46,254 bases of DNA. Source: a bacterium (GTDB lineage Bacteria > Fidelibacterota > Marinisomatia > Marinisomatales > UBA1611). The number at the start of each line of letters is the position of its first letter. Position 1 is the stretch's first letter. The notes under the pieces were generated by a model, which saw only the letters and a program-made list of their open reading frames with translations, did no database searches and was not told where the DNA came from. The DNA lies in the NCBI GenBank assembly GCA_038127595.1, contig JAYPIC010000008.1:1-46254 (forward strand), in the 5' to 3' direction. Positions 33,640 through 45,407 of the stretch are shown piece after piece. Both the position numbers and the translations under genes were made by a program.

Positions 33640-35054
33640 CTAAAAAGCCCTCTTATTGCTTTTTTTTCATCATCATTTACAATGACTAAGTACCAAATTA
33701 ATATATATATAATAGGCAACATGAATCGTAAGAGCATATTTTTTATATCAAATAATAAGATCAACATAGATAATATCGGGAACAGAACCCCTAGCCAATT
33801 ATATTTAACTTTAAAGCTTTTGTTCAGTTTTATAAATACTGCTACTGACATAACAAAAAAAGATAGTACTGTGGCCCATGCAGAGCCGATAACGCCGTAA
33901 CGATGAATGAGAATGATATTAAATGAAATATTTGAGATGGCACCAATTGCCCTAAATATTGGGACCCAATTAGTAATATTATTTGCATAAATACCTGGAA
34001 GTTGTAATACATATATGGCGAAGAAAAAATATCCAAATAACACAACAGGGACAATTTTTTCAGCGACCCAAAATTCCTTACCAATAATATAGCTCCCATT
34101 TATGTTAATGCGTATGAGATCTGAAATCCAAATTGTGGTTGTGAAAATTACAAGTCCTATCAACCCAAGAAATAGCGTAGATATAATAGAAAAATCTTTT
34201 TTTGAACCATCCTCTTTTATTCGTCTTAAAAAATAGGGAGTCCAACCCATATTAAAACCCATTACTAATACCAAAGCAAATATACCAAGTTTATAGCCAG
34301 CAGAAAATAAGCCGACAGCCTCTACTCCTTTCATCATCTCTAAAATATATCTATTAGATAGCTCCATCACCATTGTCAATAAACCTGCTGGTAAAAAAGG
34401 TATTCCAAATTTTATTACATTTTTTAAAATATCTAGATTGATTTCTGAGAATGAAAATCTTTTTAAAATGACCGGAGAGGAAAGGATAAAAACTGAAGCT
34501 GATGCAACTAAATTAGCAAAGAAAACTCCATAGATACCGTGCTCCCAATTAACAACAAAAATTACATTTAGTAACATTGTCATTATAACATTAAGGAGAT
34601 TAAATGAAATGAAAGCGGTTGATTTATTCTCTGATCTTAGAATTAATAGATGATGGTTCCACAAGTTATCTAAAAAAATTAAAATAGCGATTACAGACAT
34701 TAAACTGCTATCCGCTACGCCAAGAATAGATTTAGATATGATATCTTTTAATAAAAATAAAATACCAGAAAAAATTAATGATGTGCAAAATTGTAATGTG
34801 TATATGGATGATATGTATGCTTTTCTTTCACTGTTTTCTAATTGTACAGAAAATTTCATTAATGCAGTATCCATACCATATTTATATACTACTAAAGCAA
34901 AGCCCATAAATGCATAAGCTAAAGAAATAGTCCCATATTCTTTTGGAGAAAAAGTATGAGTATAAATTGGCAATAATAAAAAAGTAATTAATCTGGAAAC
35001 AACATGCCCAAACCCGTATATCAAGGACTCTTTACCTAGTATTTTTAATGACAT
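33633..35054 (-). CDS. Oligosaccharide flippase (Wzx/MOP family)
   Basis: Many TM helices; FLLLPIYT..SPKEYG, VGLFSAGYK, YGVIGSAWAT. Confidence 0.9.
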   Translation of the reverse strand: MSLKILGKESLIYGFGHVVSRLITFLLLPIYTHTFSPKEYGTISLAYAFMGFALVVYKYGMDTALMKFSVQLENSERKAYISSIYTLQFCTSLIFSGILFLLKDIISKSILGVADSSLMSVIAILIFLDNLWNHHLLILRSENKSTAFISFNLLNVIMTMLLNVIFVVNWEHGIYGVFFANLVASASVFILSSPVILKRFSFSEINLDILKNVIKFGIPFLPAGLLTMVMELSNRYILEMMKGVEAVGLFSAGYKLGIFALVLVMGFNMGWTPYFLRRIKEDGSKKDFSIISTLFLGLIGLVIFTTTIWISDLIRININGSYIIGKEFWVAEKIVPVVLFGYFFFAIYVLQLPGIYANNITNWVPIFRAIGAISNISFNIILIHRYGVIGSAWATVLSFFVMSVAVFIKLNKSFKVKYNWLGVLFPILSMLILLFDIKNMLLRFMLPIIYILIWYLVIVNDDEKKAIRGLFSW

Positions 35055-35057
35055 ATT

Positions 35058-36023
35058 CTAAAATAAAATTTTAAAACTATCTCTGAAAACACCACTAGCA
35101 CCAAAACTTTCTTTAAACCTACCAAGCCCCATATTTGCAATTCCCTTATCAGTAAAAGTGCCAAAATCATATACTTTAATATTGTTTTTTAAGCTCCATT
35201 TAAAAATATCAAAAAACAAAAGGTTTAACGGTCTTAATTCTTGAAAGTCTTCTTTGTGGCTGATGTAAAAAGCTAAAGCCACACTTTCCTTAACCATAAT
35301 ATTTAATACTCCAGCTATCATTTGCCCATCAAAAAAAGCACCATAAATATTAATAGAATCAGGAAATAGTTTAATCAATGATTTTAATTCTTTAAGGGAA
35401 TGTGTAGGATTAACACCATGTCTAATTTTTAGATTATTTTTTAACATTGAAAAAAATTCATCAACTCTTTCAGTAAGCTTCGTAGTAACTCCTAATTTTT
35501 TCGATTTTCTCACTGCTCTTTGATGAGAGGGTTTAAATTTATTTAAAATTTTATCTTCGCTACTTTCAATCGTTAATATGCTTGTAACATCTCTTCTGTA
35601 ATAATCAAACCCATTAATTAAAAGAGAATACTCTATATAGTTTGATACTCTATTAGAATGAAATCCTGGAGGGATAGTTAACTGTATACCATCAAAACCT
35701 TTTTTACTACTATAATCAATCAATTTAGAAACCATTTCCATAGCATCTTTTATAGAAAGCTCTTCCTTTGAAACAAATGAGCCATAAGATGAGCCTGGAT
35801 GAGAAGTCAACATTTTTTTATTATTAATAATTACGTCAGCAGCTGGAAAAACAGACAAAAGACTGTTCTTTTTATATATTTCAACACTATGATCTTTAAA
35901 TCTATCCTCAGGATGATAGCTTAAGAACTTTCTTAAATGAAATAATGTCCCATTATTAGCCTCTAAGACAAATGAATCCCAAGCAGCATAATTATTTTTT
36001 GAAAATTTTTTAATTTTTATCAT
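35058..36023 (-). CDS. GNAT/FemAB-like acyltransferase
   Basis: WDSFV..NGTLFH, YDFGT, GLGRFKESFGA. Confidence 0.82.
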   Translation of the reverse strand: MIKIKKFSKNNYAAWDSFVLEANNGTLFHLRKFLSYHPEDRFKDHSVEIYKKNSLLSVFPAADVIINNKKMLTSHPGSSYGSFVSKEELSIKDAMEMVSKLIDYSSKKGFDGIQLTIPPGFHSNRVSNYIEYSLLINGFDYYRRDVTSILTIESSEDKILNKFKPSHQRAVRKSKKLGVTTKLTERVDEFFSMLKNNLKIRHGVNPTHSLKELKSLIKLFPDSINIYGAFFDGQMIAGVLNIMVKESVALAFYISHKEDFQELRPLNLLFFDIFKWSLKNNIKVYDFGTFTDKGIANMGLGRFKESFGASGVFRDSFKILF

Positions 36024-36137
36024 GCTTTATTATAACTGAACAGCAGATTAATTGTTCCTACAATGAATTGCAAGTTTATATTATTTGTTTCTAAAAGTTG
36101 GCCAAATCTAATTTACAGCAACAAAAATATGGACTAA

Positions 36138-37756
<1,619 letters not shown>

Positions 37757-37759
37757 CGA

Positions 37760-39829
37760 CTAAAATGTTTGCACAAATAGAACAGAATCAGCATTTAAAG
37801 CCATTGTTGATTTGCAAATTATATTAATTTTTCTTGGAGAATGATCAAATTCATAAACTAATTCAACTCTAACTTTTTCCTCGTTTTCAATACCATATTT
37901 CACTGTGTTTTTTCGTTTATAAGGGTCAATTTGACCTAATTTATTTCTCTCATCTTTTACAGAAACTAGAGTAAATGCTGCAAAATCAAACGGCCATAAT
38001 TGTTTATTGGTTATATTCAAATCAACGTATACTTTTTTATCTTTTTTATCAGCTTTGACAATTTCATATTTAACGGTACTGTCTGCCATGTCTACATTAG
38101 GTAAGCATGTTACCATAACTGTATCCATTGAAAAACAAAAAGATTCATGATCTTGAACTTTTAATGTTATTAAAAAGTCCATTGGATTACTGATCTCTGA
38201 TGGGTATTTAAACTTAGGGGACTGTCTAGTTTCCTCTCCCTTTATGAAGGATGCATTATTTGAGATAATACTCCAGAAATACTTTAAATCACTGTCGCCA
38301 TCTATTGACTTAGAGCCATCTAAATTCACATATTTATTAAATGGTGCTATAAAATTTTCTCCTGCGTTAGCGATAGGAGCTTTATCATTAATTATATTTA
38401 CATCAAGAGTATCATGACCAACTAATCCTTTATTATCGGTAACTGTCAATATTATTTTTTGTTTTATATCCTTATCATGTTTTTCAAAATTGTAATAACC
38501 TTTCACACGATTTAAAATTACCTTATTACTTTCTAGTAGCATCCATTTATAACTAGTAATATCATTATCTGGATCAAAAGAACCACTCCCATCTAGGAAT
38601 AATTTTGAATTGCACCCATTGCTAATCATTATATCTTTCCCTGCATTAGCGATAGGTGTGTCAGGCTGAGGAATCACGTTTATATTAAAACTGAAATCTG
38701 TAGAATCTTTATTATCTGATATATTTAAATCCAAAGTAAGGTTGCCATGGTAATCTTTATCAGGGAAAATACTAAGTTGGTTATCATTAATTTCAATTTT
38801 TGCATTATCAATTTTTTTTATATTATATCTGAAGGAATCTGATTCTACATCCTTCATATTTAAAATTATCGAAAGAACTTCATCCTCTAACATTGACTGT
38901 GGTGCGAATGCAGATAATCCTGGAATAGGATTAATTAGAGTAAAACTTGTATCTATGCTACTTTTACCATCTGATGTTGTTATTGTAATAGGAGTGGACC
39001 CTTTGTAATTATCCCTAGGAATTACTGTTACTTTATTACTTTTGATATCAAAATCTGCTCCTCCATCACCTGCAACAGAATAAATTAAATTATCACCATC
39101 TATATCCAATCCATCTATCATAAGATCTACTTGATTTCTTTTAATTTCAGTTTTAGAAAAAATAGATTCTATTACAGGGGCATCATTTATTGGTTTTACA
39201 TTTAGTATGAAACTAGATTCATCTGTGGTTTTACCATCAGAGACAGCCAGGCTAATATTAATTGGACCATAAAAATTTGGAAGTGGCATAACAGTCAAAT
39301 TATTATCAATAATCTTAATTCTTGCATTATCATCTGTTGTAGCTCCATAAGTAAGATCATCTCCCTCAGCATCTTTTGCCATCAACTTTATATTAAAAAC
39401 TTCATCTTCATTTATTTCTTGATCAGGAATACTTGATAATATAGGTTTATCATTTACAGATTGAACATTGAGTATAAAACTCATATCAAGGCTAAGGTTA
39501 ACTAATATTGTGCCGTTGAAATTTTCAAAAGGAGAAATTATAAGGTAATCACCGTCCTGCTTAATATCAGCATTTCCGTCAACTGATGCAGAATATTTAA
39601 TTCCAGATCCAGTAACTGGGACTTTTAATATATAACTATTATCTTCTTTTACATTTTGATAGGCTCCATGTAAAAGTTCAATAACCCACTTTGGTTCAGG
39701 ACCATCGCCAAAAATCCAATCCTGAGTTAGATTATTATTAGTGTTATCTTTATTTTGGGAAAATACACTACTATATAAGCAGAATGAAAAAATGAAAAAA
39801 TATATTCTAAATATTATCAATACTTTCAT
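37760..39829 (-). CDS. Exported protein with tandem cadherin-like (Ig) repeats and PKD-like domains
   Basis: Signal peptide; VNDKP/INDAP linkers, DAEGDDLTY/DIDGDNLIY, P..NFYG repeats; two PIANAG...LDGS domains. Confidence 0.82.
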   Translation of the reverse strand: MKVLIIFRIYFFIFSFCLYSSVFSQNKDNTNNNLTQDWIFGDGPEPKWVIELLHGAYQNVKEDNSYILKVPVTGSGIKYSASVDGNADIKQDGDYLIISPFENFNGTILVNLSLDMSFILNVQSVNDKPILSSIPDQEINEDEVFNIKLMAKDAEGDDLTYGATTDDNARIKIIDNNLTVMPLPNFYGPINISLAVSDGKTTDESSFILNVKPINDAPVIESIFSKTEIKRNQVDLMIDGLDIDGDNLIYSVAGDGGADFDIKSNKVTVIPRDNYKGSTPITITTSDGKSSIDTSFTLINPIPGLSAFAPQSMLEDEVLSIILNMKDVESDSFRYNIKKIDNAKIEINDNQLSIFPDKDYHGNLTLDLNISDNKDSTDFSFNINVIPQPDTPIANAGKDIMISNGCNSKLFLDGSGSFDPDNDITSYKWMLLESNKVILNRVKGYYNFEKHDKDIKQKIILTVTDNKGLVGHDTLDVNIINDKAPIANAGENFIAPFNKYVNLDGSKSIDGDSDLKYFWSIISNNASFIKGEETRQSPKFKYPSEISNPMDFLITLKVQDHESFCFSMDTVMVTCLPNVDMADSTVKYEIVKADKKDKKVYVDLNITNKQLWPFDFAAFTLVSVKDERNKLGQIDPYKRKNTVKYGIENEEKVRVELVYEFDHSPRKINIICKSTMALNADSVLFVQTF

Positions 39830-40532
39830 TTTTAGATCTTATAAAAGCATCAAAATATATTTCAACTCGCCTATTTTGCGCTCTTGCCTCTTCGAGCTCG
39901 GATCTGTTTTTAATATTGTTGATGGTTATCTTAGGACGAAATTCACCATATCCTAAGGCAGAAAAATAGTGCTGATCCATTTCAGCGAGCTCACTGAGTC
40001 TTTGAACTAAATTTAGAGCACGAGCTGAACTGAGCTCCCAATTATTTCTAAACTTTGAATTCATTGGAATTGGCTTATCATCAGTATGTCCCTCAGCTCT
40101 TATTTCAATATTTAAAGTATCATTTGCATCACTAATTCTATTTAATAATGGTAACCATCGTTTCTGTTTGTATATGTTCATCAAGGTTGATGTTCGTATT
40201 AAACCCCCAATTTGGACTAAAATTGGGTCTGCTTCTGGGTTTAGATCGGCTGATAAAGATTTAAAAAGTTTAGATCCAGTAAGGGTAATTTTTATTCCTT
40301 TGGTAACCCTTTCAATTTCAACTAAATTATTTTGTTGAAGTGGTTTTAGTTCTCTCTCAGTCTCATCTAAAATAATATTAACTAATCTATCAACATGAGC
40401 CTCTGCATCATTTAAAATTACTAGTAGTAATACAAAAAAAGTCAGAAGCAGTGTTGTTAGATCTGCAAAGGTCAAAGCCCAGGCTGTAGTTTTAGCTCTG
40501 GCTTCTTCCTGGGATATGGATTTTCTTTGCAA
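39807..40532 (-). CDS. motB: Stator B subunit (MotB/PomB family) with OmpA-like domain
   Basis: WALTFADLTTLLLTFFVLL TM with conserved Asp; EGHTD, NWELSSARA, NRRVEI. Confidence 0.9.
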   Translation of the reverse strand: MQRKSISQEEARAKTTAWALTFADLTTLLLTFFVLLLVILNDAEAHVDRLVNIILDETERELKPLQQNNLVEIERVTKGIKITLTGSKLFKSLSADLNPEADPILVQIGGLIRTSTLMNIYKQKRWLPLLNRISDANDTLNIEIRAEGHTDDKPIPMNSKFRNNWELSSARALNLVQRLSELAEMDQHYFSALGYGEFRPKITINNIKNRSELEEARAQNRRVEIYFDAFIRSKNESIDNI

Positions 40533-40534
40533 TT

Positions 40535-41413
40535 TTATTTCTCTTTTTCTTCAAGAGCATTTCTTTCTGACATTGCTACAAAGGTCATTAATTTTTCTTT
40601 AATCAAAATAGGATGTTCCCTGCCATGAATACTGATAATACCCTCCAGAACTATACTCTTGAGCATAATTTCATTCTCTGACCTTCTTTTTAATTTTCCT
40701 GCAATTGGTAAAAATACCATGTTGGCTAAAAACACACCATAAAAAGTCGTTATTAATGCCGTACCCATCCCAACTAAAAGCGCAGAAAACTGATCAGCAA
40801 CATTAAAATCAATTGAAGAAGTCTCGCCAGACATTTGGAATTTATTCATCATGATTATTAACCCTAGGACTGTTCCTAACATACCAAAAGCAGGTGCATA
40901 TGCTGCCATATACAATATAATTTCTTGAGCTCCAATGTGACGAGTAGAAATATTATTTAAGTCCATCGTAAGAAAAGTCCTCAGTCTGTTACTATCACGC
41001 TCATTAATAGCCAACTCTATACCATTTTTTAAAAAAACACTTTCAATGTCTTTTAATCCTGCCTCTAAAGACAGCAAACCATCCTTTCGCGACTTTTCAG
41101 CAAGGACTACAATTTTATCTATCGTGCCAGTAAAATCAAATTTTTCAGATAAAACTACATTTTTAAACACATTACCCATATTAATTACAGCTTTGATTGG
41201 GTAATTAACTAGTGTCGCCGATATTACTCCACCTAGTACAATAAAAACTGATTGCGGTTGATAGAACCATATCAATTGCTCAAAGCGCCAAGAATCTCCT
41301 GTAGATAAAACAATATCACCTCGATCAACCTCAGGCCATATCATTGAAACGAAAATACAAAGGAGCCCAGCAACAAGACCAATTATTGTCCCAAAATCAA
41401 ATTGTGATTTCAT
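40535..41413 (-). CDS. motA: Stator A subunit (MotA/PomA family)
   Basis: RKDGLLSLE, APAFGMLGTVLGL, ALITTFYG, PIAGKL. Confidence 0.9.
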   Translation of the reverse strand: MKSQFDFGTIIGLVAGLLCIFVSMIWPEVDRGDIVLSTGDSWRFEQLIWFYQPQSVFIVLGGVISATLVNYPIKAVINMGNVFKNVVLSEKFDFTGTIDKIVVLAEKSRKDGLLSLEAGLKDIESVFLKNGIELAINERDSNRLRTFLTMDLNNISTRHIGAQEIILYMAAYAPAFGMLGTVLGLIIMMNKFQMSGETSSIDFNVADQFSALLVGMGTALITTFYGVFLANMVFLPIAGKLKRRSENEIMLKSIVLEGIISIHGREHPILIKEKLMTFVAMSERNALEEKEK

Positions 41414-41443
41414 ATTAACACTAATATTTTTACATTCGAAAAA

Positions 41444-42289
41444 TTAATCCCTATCACCATCTTTAGACATCTTCTTACTTGCTTCATATAATTTACTTTG
41501 CTCTTCATCGGATAATCCACTAAAACCAACATTTTTTATTTTTTCTAAAATTATATCAACATCTCGATTAATTATTTTCTTCTTCAACTCTTGATCTTCT
41601 TTTCTCTGAACTTGGAATTCAATTGTTTTTTTTCTAAGTGAAAATAACACATCAGATAACTTCCACTTATTTTTTAATAAAGCATAACCAATTAGCATTC
41701 CAGAAATATGCGTAACATGACTTATTCCATCTGCTTTACCAAGCAAACCAAAAAAAGCAATTGCCCCCATTATTATCACTAACCACATTGACCTGACAGG
41801 GATTAAACCCCAAATATAAAGCATTCTATTGGGGTAAGAAACGCCATAAGCTAGTAACACACCATAAACAGCGCCACTTGCTCCTATTACTGGATTACTT
41901 GAATCCATTTGAAAAATATATGTTATAAGCCCAGAGCCAATTCCTGTTAAAAAATAATATTTTAAAAATTTTTCCTTGCCCCATGCTTGCTCTAATTCTC
42001 GCCCAAAAACCCACAATCCTAACATATTCAAAAGTATATGCGAAATGCCAATACTAGAATAAAATGGTGCATGAAAAAACATATATGTGAACGGTTGCCA
42101 CAACATTAATTCAGAAAGAAAAGTATTTGGCACTAAGCCAAACAATCTAAAAAAAATGTCTTCCTTACCAGCTAGTGATTGAAAAACATAAATAATGAAA
42201 TTAATAGATATTAAAATTTTAATAGCATCTGTGAATAGCTGGGGCTTATATGCAGCCTCACCAGGAGTAAATTGTAATCTGTATTTCAT
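41444..42289 (-). CDS. Rhomboid intramembrane serine protease with soluble C-terminal domain
   Basis: WQPFTYMFFH, HILLNM, GASG, HVTHISG; VDIILEKI..G.SGLS.EE tail. Confidence 0.93.
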   Translation of the reverse strand: MKYRLQFTPGEAAYKPQLFTDAIKILISINFIIYVFQSLAGKEDIFFRLFGLVPNTFLSELMLWQPFTYMFFHAPFYSSIGISHILLNMLGLWVFGRELEQAWGKEKFLKYYFLTGIGSGLITYIFQMDSSNPVIGASGAVYGVLLAYGVSYPNRMLYIWGLIPVRSMWLVIIMGAIAFFGLLGKADGISHVTHISGMLIGYALLKNKWKLSDVLFSLRKKTIEFQVQRKEDQELKKKIINRDVDIILEKIKNVGFSGLSDEEQSKLYEASKKMSKDGDRD

Positions 42290-42348
42290 ATTTGGTTTTA
42301 AATATAATATTATATAATAAAGAATGTCTCTAATAAAAGGTCATTTTA

Positions 42349-43032
42349 TTAACTGTAAAAGATATCTTTTATCACTCTAAATGACTTTAATCTCTCAAAC
42401 CCTTCAAAGTAAAAACATAATTTTTGATATAAAAATTTTGAAATCTTTTTTTTATTATCTGATGAAATAGTATCAAAATCAATATCTGATATATTACCAT
42501 TGATTAGTTGCTGCATCGTATTAATAATTTTATCGTTTCTTTTTAAACTTAATAATGATGAATCAGAATTGTCATTAATATTTATCATAAACCCCATTTC
42601 TGATAATATTTTAACCTCATAATTCCAAAATAAAATATTTTCATCGATATCTCCACTTTCAAAAATTTGAAGAGTTTTAATTAAAATATTAAATAAGCTG
42701 GGGTACGGATCATTTTTTTCTAGAGTGAAATCAGATATTTCTAAAATTGATTGTGATAAAGTCATTTTTCTCAAGGACAATGGTATATGAGTCCATATCT
42801 GCACAAAAGATACTTTAGATACAATCTGAAGTTCTCTTTTTTCATTTTCTTTATAAATAATATTAATAAAACTGAGTGGCTGAAAATAAGGAGAGATAAG
42901 ATTTTTTTTTGACTTTGCTCCTTTTATTATAAAAGATATTTTCCCCTTATCTTTAGTGAAACACCTAGATATTAAACTAGTTTCTCCGTAAGAAAATGTC
43001 TTCAATACAATTGCATCAGTATTGATGATCAT
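42349..43032 (-). CDS. recO: DNA repair protein RecO
   Basis: AIVLK..YGETSLI..FT..GK N-terminal OB pattern. Confidence 0.88.
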   Translation of the reverse strand: MIINTDAIVLKTFSYGETSLISRCFTKDKGKISFIIKGAKSKKNLISPYFQPLSFINIIYKENEKRELQIVSKVSFVQIWTHIPLSLRKMTLSQSILEISDFTLEKNDPYPSLFNILIKTLQIFESGDIDENILFWNYEVKILSEMGFMININDNSDSSLLSLKRNDKIINTMQQLINGNISDIDFDTISSDNKKKISKFLYQKLCFYFEGFERLKSFRVIKDIFYS

Positions 43033-43047
43033 TTCAAAATAATATAA

Positions 43048-44511
43048 TTAATAAGATTTAGCAAAAATAACTTCGTGCATGGCCTTATTACCAGAAAAAA
43101 TGCAAGTTAAGTCTTTAGGGTTTTCATTAAAAGGAATGCATCTTATCGTTGCCTTTGTATCTTCTTTAATTTTTAACTCAGTCTCTTGTTTTCCGTCCCA
43201 GCCACATCGAACAAAACCACCATTTTTGATAATATCTTTGAACTCACTATATGTATTTACACTATGAGTATTGTTATCTCTAAAGTCTTTCGCTTGATTA
43301 TATAAGTTATTTTGTACCTGATCTAAAATATCTTTAACACTTTGTGTTAAACCGTGCCTTGAGCTTGATAATTTTTCTCCATTATCTCTGCGAGCAATAA
43401 TAACAGTGTTTGATTCAACATCTCTTGGCCCTATTTCAATACGGGCAGGGACTCCTTTTAATTCCCACTCATTAAATTTATATCCTGGGGAAGAATCACT
43501 CCAATCAATAAAGGTGCGGATCCCATTTTGTTTTAACTCTTTTATTATAGGGTCGATATAATCTTCAATGATTTTTCTTTGTTTTTCATCCCTGAAGATC
43601 GGAATTAATACTATTTGGATTGGTGCAATTTTTGGAGGAATTCTCAATCCATTCTTATCTCCGTGTGCAAGTATTACAGCACCAATAAGGCGAGTACTTA
43701 TACCCCAGCTAGTTGCCCAAACATATTCCTCATTATTATCTTCAGTTTGAAACTTAACATCAAATGCTTTAGCAAAATTTTGTCCTAAATTGTGAGATGT
43801 TCCAGCCTGGAGAGCCTTTTTATCAAGCATCATTGCTTCGATGCAATACGTTTTATCGGCCCCAGCAAACTTTTCAGCATCAGTTTTTAATCCAGTATAA
43901 ACTGGAATTGCTAGGTACTCCTCAGCTAATTTTTTATATAATTCTAAAATATCTAAAGTCTCTTTCTGCGCTTCTTCCTTGGTTTTGTGTGCGGTATGCC
44001 CTTCTTGCCATAAAAACTCCGTTGTCCTTAAAAAAAGTCGGGTTCGCATTTCCCACCTTACAACATTGGCCCATTGATTTATGAGTATGGGTAAATCTCT
44101 GTAAGATTGTATCCACTTTTTATACATTGACCATATTACTGTTTCTGAAGTAGGCCTTATAATTACTTCTTCCTCTAATCGAGAATCAGGATCTACAATA
44201 ATTTCATCATTTTCAGATTTTAATCTCGTATGTGTAACCACAGCACATTCTTTTGCAAATCCGTCTACATGCTCTGCTTCTTTAGCAAGAAAGGATTTTG
44301 GTATTAATAAAGGAAAGTAAGCATTTGTATGCCCAGTGTCTTTAATCATTTTATCAAAAACATCTTTGACATTATCCCAAAGTTGAAACCCATATGGCTT
44401 AATTACCATTGTACCCTTGACAGGGCCATAATCAGCTAATCCAGCCCTGGTAACTACATCGGTGTACCATGCAGATACATCATTATCAATATTTGGAAGT
44501 TTTTTACTCAT
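43048..44511 (-). CDS. proS: Proline--tRNA ligase, archaeal/eukaryotic type
   Basis: RPTSET, QWANVVRWE, FLWQEGH, QAGTSH, terminal FAKSY. Confidence 0.97.
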   Translation of the reverse strand: MSKKLPNIDNDVSAWYTDVVTRAGLADYGPVKGTMVIKPYGFQLWDNVKDVFDKMIKDTGHTNAYFPLLIPKSFLAKEAEHVDGFAKECAVVTHTRLKSENDEIIVDPDSRLEEEVIIRPTSETVIWSMYKKWIQSYRDLPILINQWANVVRWEMRTRLFLRTTEFLWQEGHTAHKTKEEAQKETLDILELYKKLAEEYLAIPVYTGLKTDAEKFAGADKTYCIEAMMLDKKALQAGTSHNLGQNFAKAFDVKFQTEDNNEEYVWATSWGISTRLIGAVILAHGDKNGLRIPPKIAPIQIVLIPIFRDEKQRKIIEDYIDPIIKELKQNGIRTFIDWSDSSPGYKFNEWELKGVPARIEIGPRDVESNTVIIARRDNGEKLSSSRHGLTQSVKDILDQVQNNLYNQAKDFRDNNTHSVNTYSEFKDIIKNGGFVRCGWDGKQETELKIKEDTKATIRCIPFNENPKDLTCIFSGNKAMHEVIFAKSY

Positions 44512-44541
44512 TGTATAATTATTATTCTTTTTAATTGAATA

Positions 44542-44570
44542 AAATTACCGGGTAATGATGATTTGGCCAA
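44542..44570 (-). promoter_or_regulatory. Candidate sigma70-type promoter for proS
   Basis: Minus strand TTGGCC-17 nt-TAATTT ending about 30 nt before the proS ATG. Confidence 0.35.
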
Positions 44571-44627
44571 GTTCTTTGCCAGAATTTTTCATTTACTTTT
44601 GAATTATAGTTTAATGAAATTCTTATT

Positions 44628-45377
44628 ATGTTAAGCATAAATAGTTTAAAGAAAATAAAATCTCTTAAAACAAAAAAGGGGCGCGATACTGAAAAACTAT
44701 TTTTAATTGAAGGCAAAAGATCAGTCGAAGAATATTTGCTAAAAAGTGATTTAGTAAATGAGGTATTAGTCTCTGAATCAGAAATTAAAAAGTATAATCC
44801 TGTACTAGAGCTATGTAGTAAAAAGCAAATAAAAATCTCTCTATTCTCAGACCGTATATTAAAAAAGCTATCGAACACAAAAACGCCATCGGGGCTATTA
44901 GCCACCTGCAAAATCAGTTTATTGATACAAAAAAATTTTAATTCTGGCAGATGGCTTTTTTTATATAAAATAAAAGACCCAGGGAACCTAGGAACTATTC
45001 TAAGAAGTGCTGCTTGGTTTAATATTAAAAACATTGCTTTATCAAAAGATTGCGCAGACCCCTATAATAATAAAGTAGTTCGTTCAGCAATGGGAGCTCA
45101 TATATATTTAAACATCCACAAGGGAGTACAAATAGGTGAGTTTGTTAAAAATAATTACTTAATCGTTGGTGCAGACCAAAATGCGAATAATACTGTAGAG
45201 CAAATAGATCTATCCAAAAAAATTGTATTGTGCCTTGGAGGAGAATCTGAAGGTTTTGATAATCAAATAATTAAAAAAATTAATAAGCTCATTTCCATAA
45301 AAAAAATTGGTCATGGTGAATCACTGAACGTCGCTATGGCAGGGTCAATACTTATGAATTACTTATCCCAAAAATAA
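44628..45377 (+). CDS. TrmH/SpoU-family RNA methyltransferase
   Basis: DPGNLGTILRSA, RSAMG, LGGESEG, ESLNVA. Confidence 0.93.
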   Translation: MLSINSLKKIKSLKTKKGRDTEKLFLIEGKRSVEEYLLKSDLVNEVLVSESEIKKYNPVLELCSKKQIKISLFSDRILKKLSNTKTPSGLLATCKISLLIQKNFNSGRWLFLYKIKDPGNLGTILRSAAWFNIKNIALSKDCADPYNNKVVRSAMGAHIYLNIHKGVQIGEFVKNNYLIVGADQNANNTVEQIDLSKKIVLCLGGESEGFDNQIIKKINKLISIKKIGHGESLNVAMAGSILMNYLSQK

Positions 45378-45407
45378 AAAATGGGGCATTTAAAATGATG
45401 CCCCATT
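45376..45407. terminator. Hairpin right after the methyltransferase stop, probable terminator
   Basis: AATGGGGCAT-8 nt-ATGCCCCATT, 10-bp stem (45380-45407); A run on the left side. Confidence 0.65.

Noticed and set aside
39807..41413. Zorya (ZorAB) defence system
   Set aside because: A subunit lacks the long ZorA tail, B subunit has a flagellar-type TM motif, and no ZorC/D/E neighbours
44531..45034. 167-aa minus-strand ORF
   Set aside because: Antisense to the TrmH-family gene; no motifs
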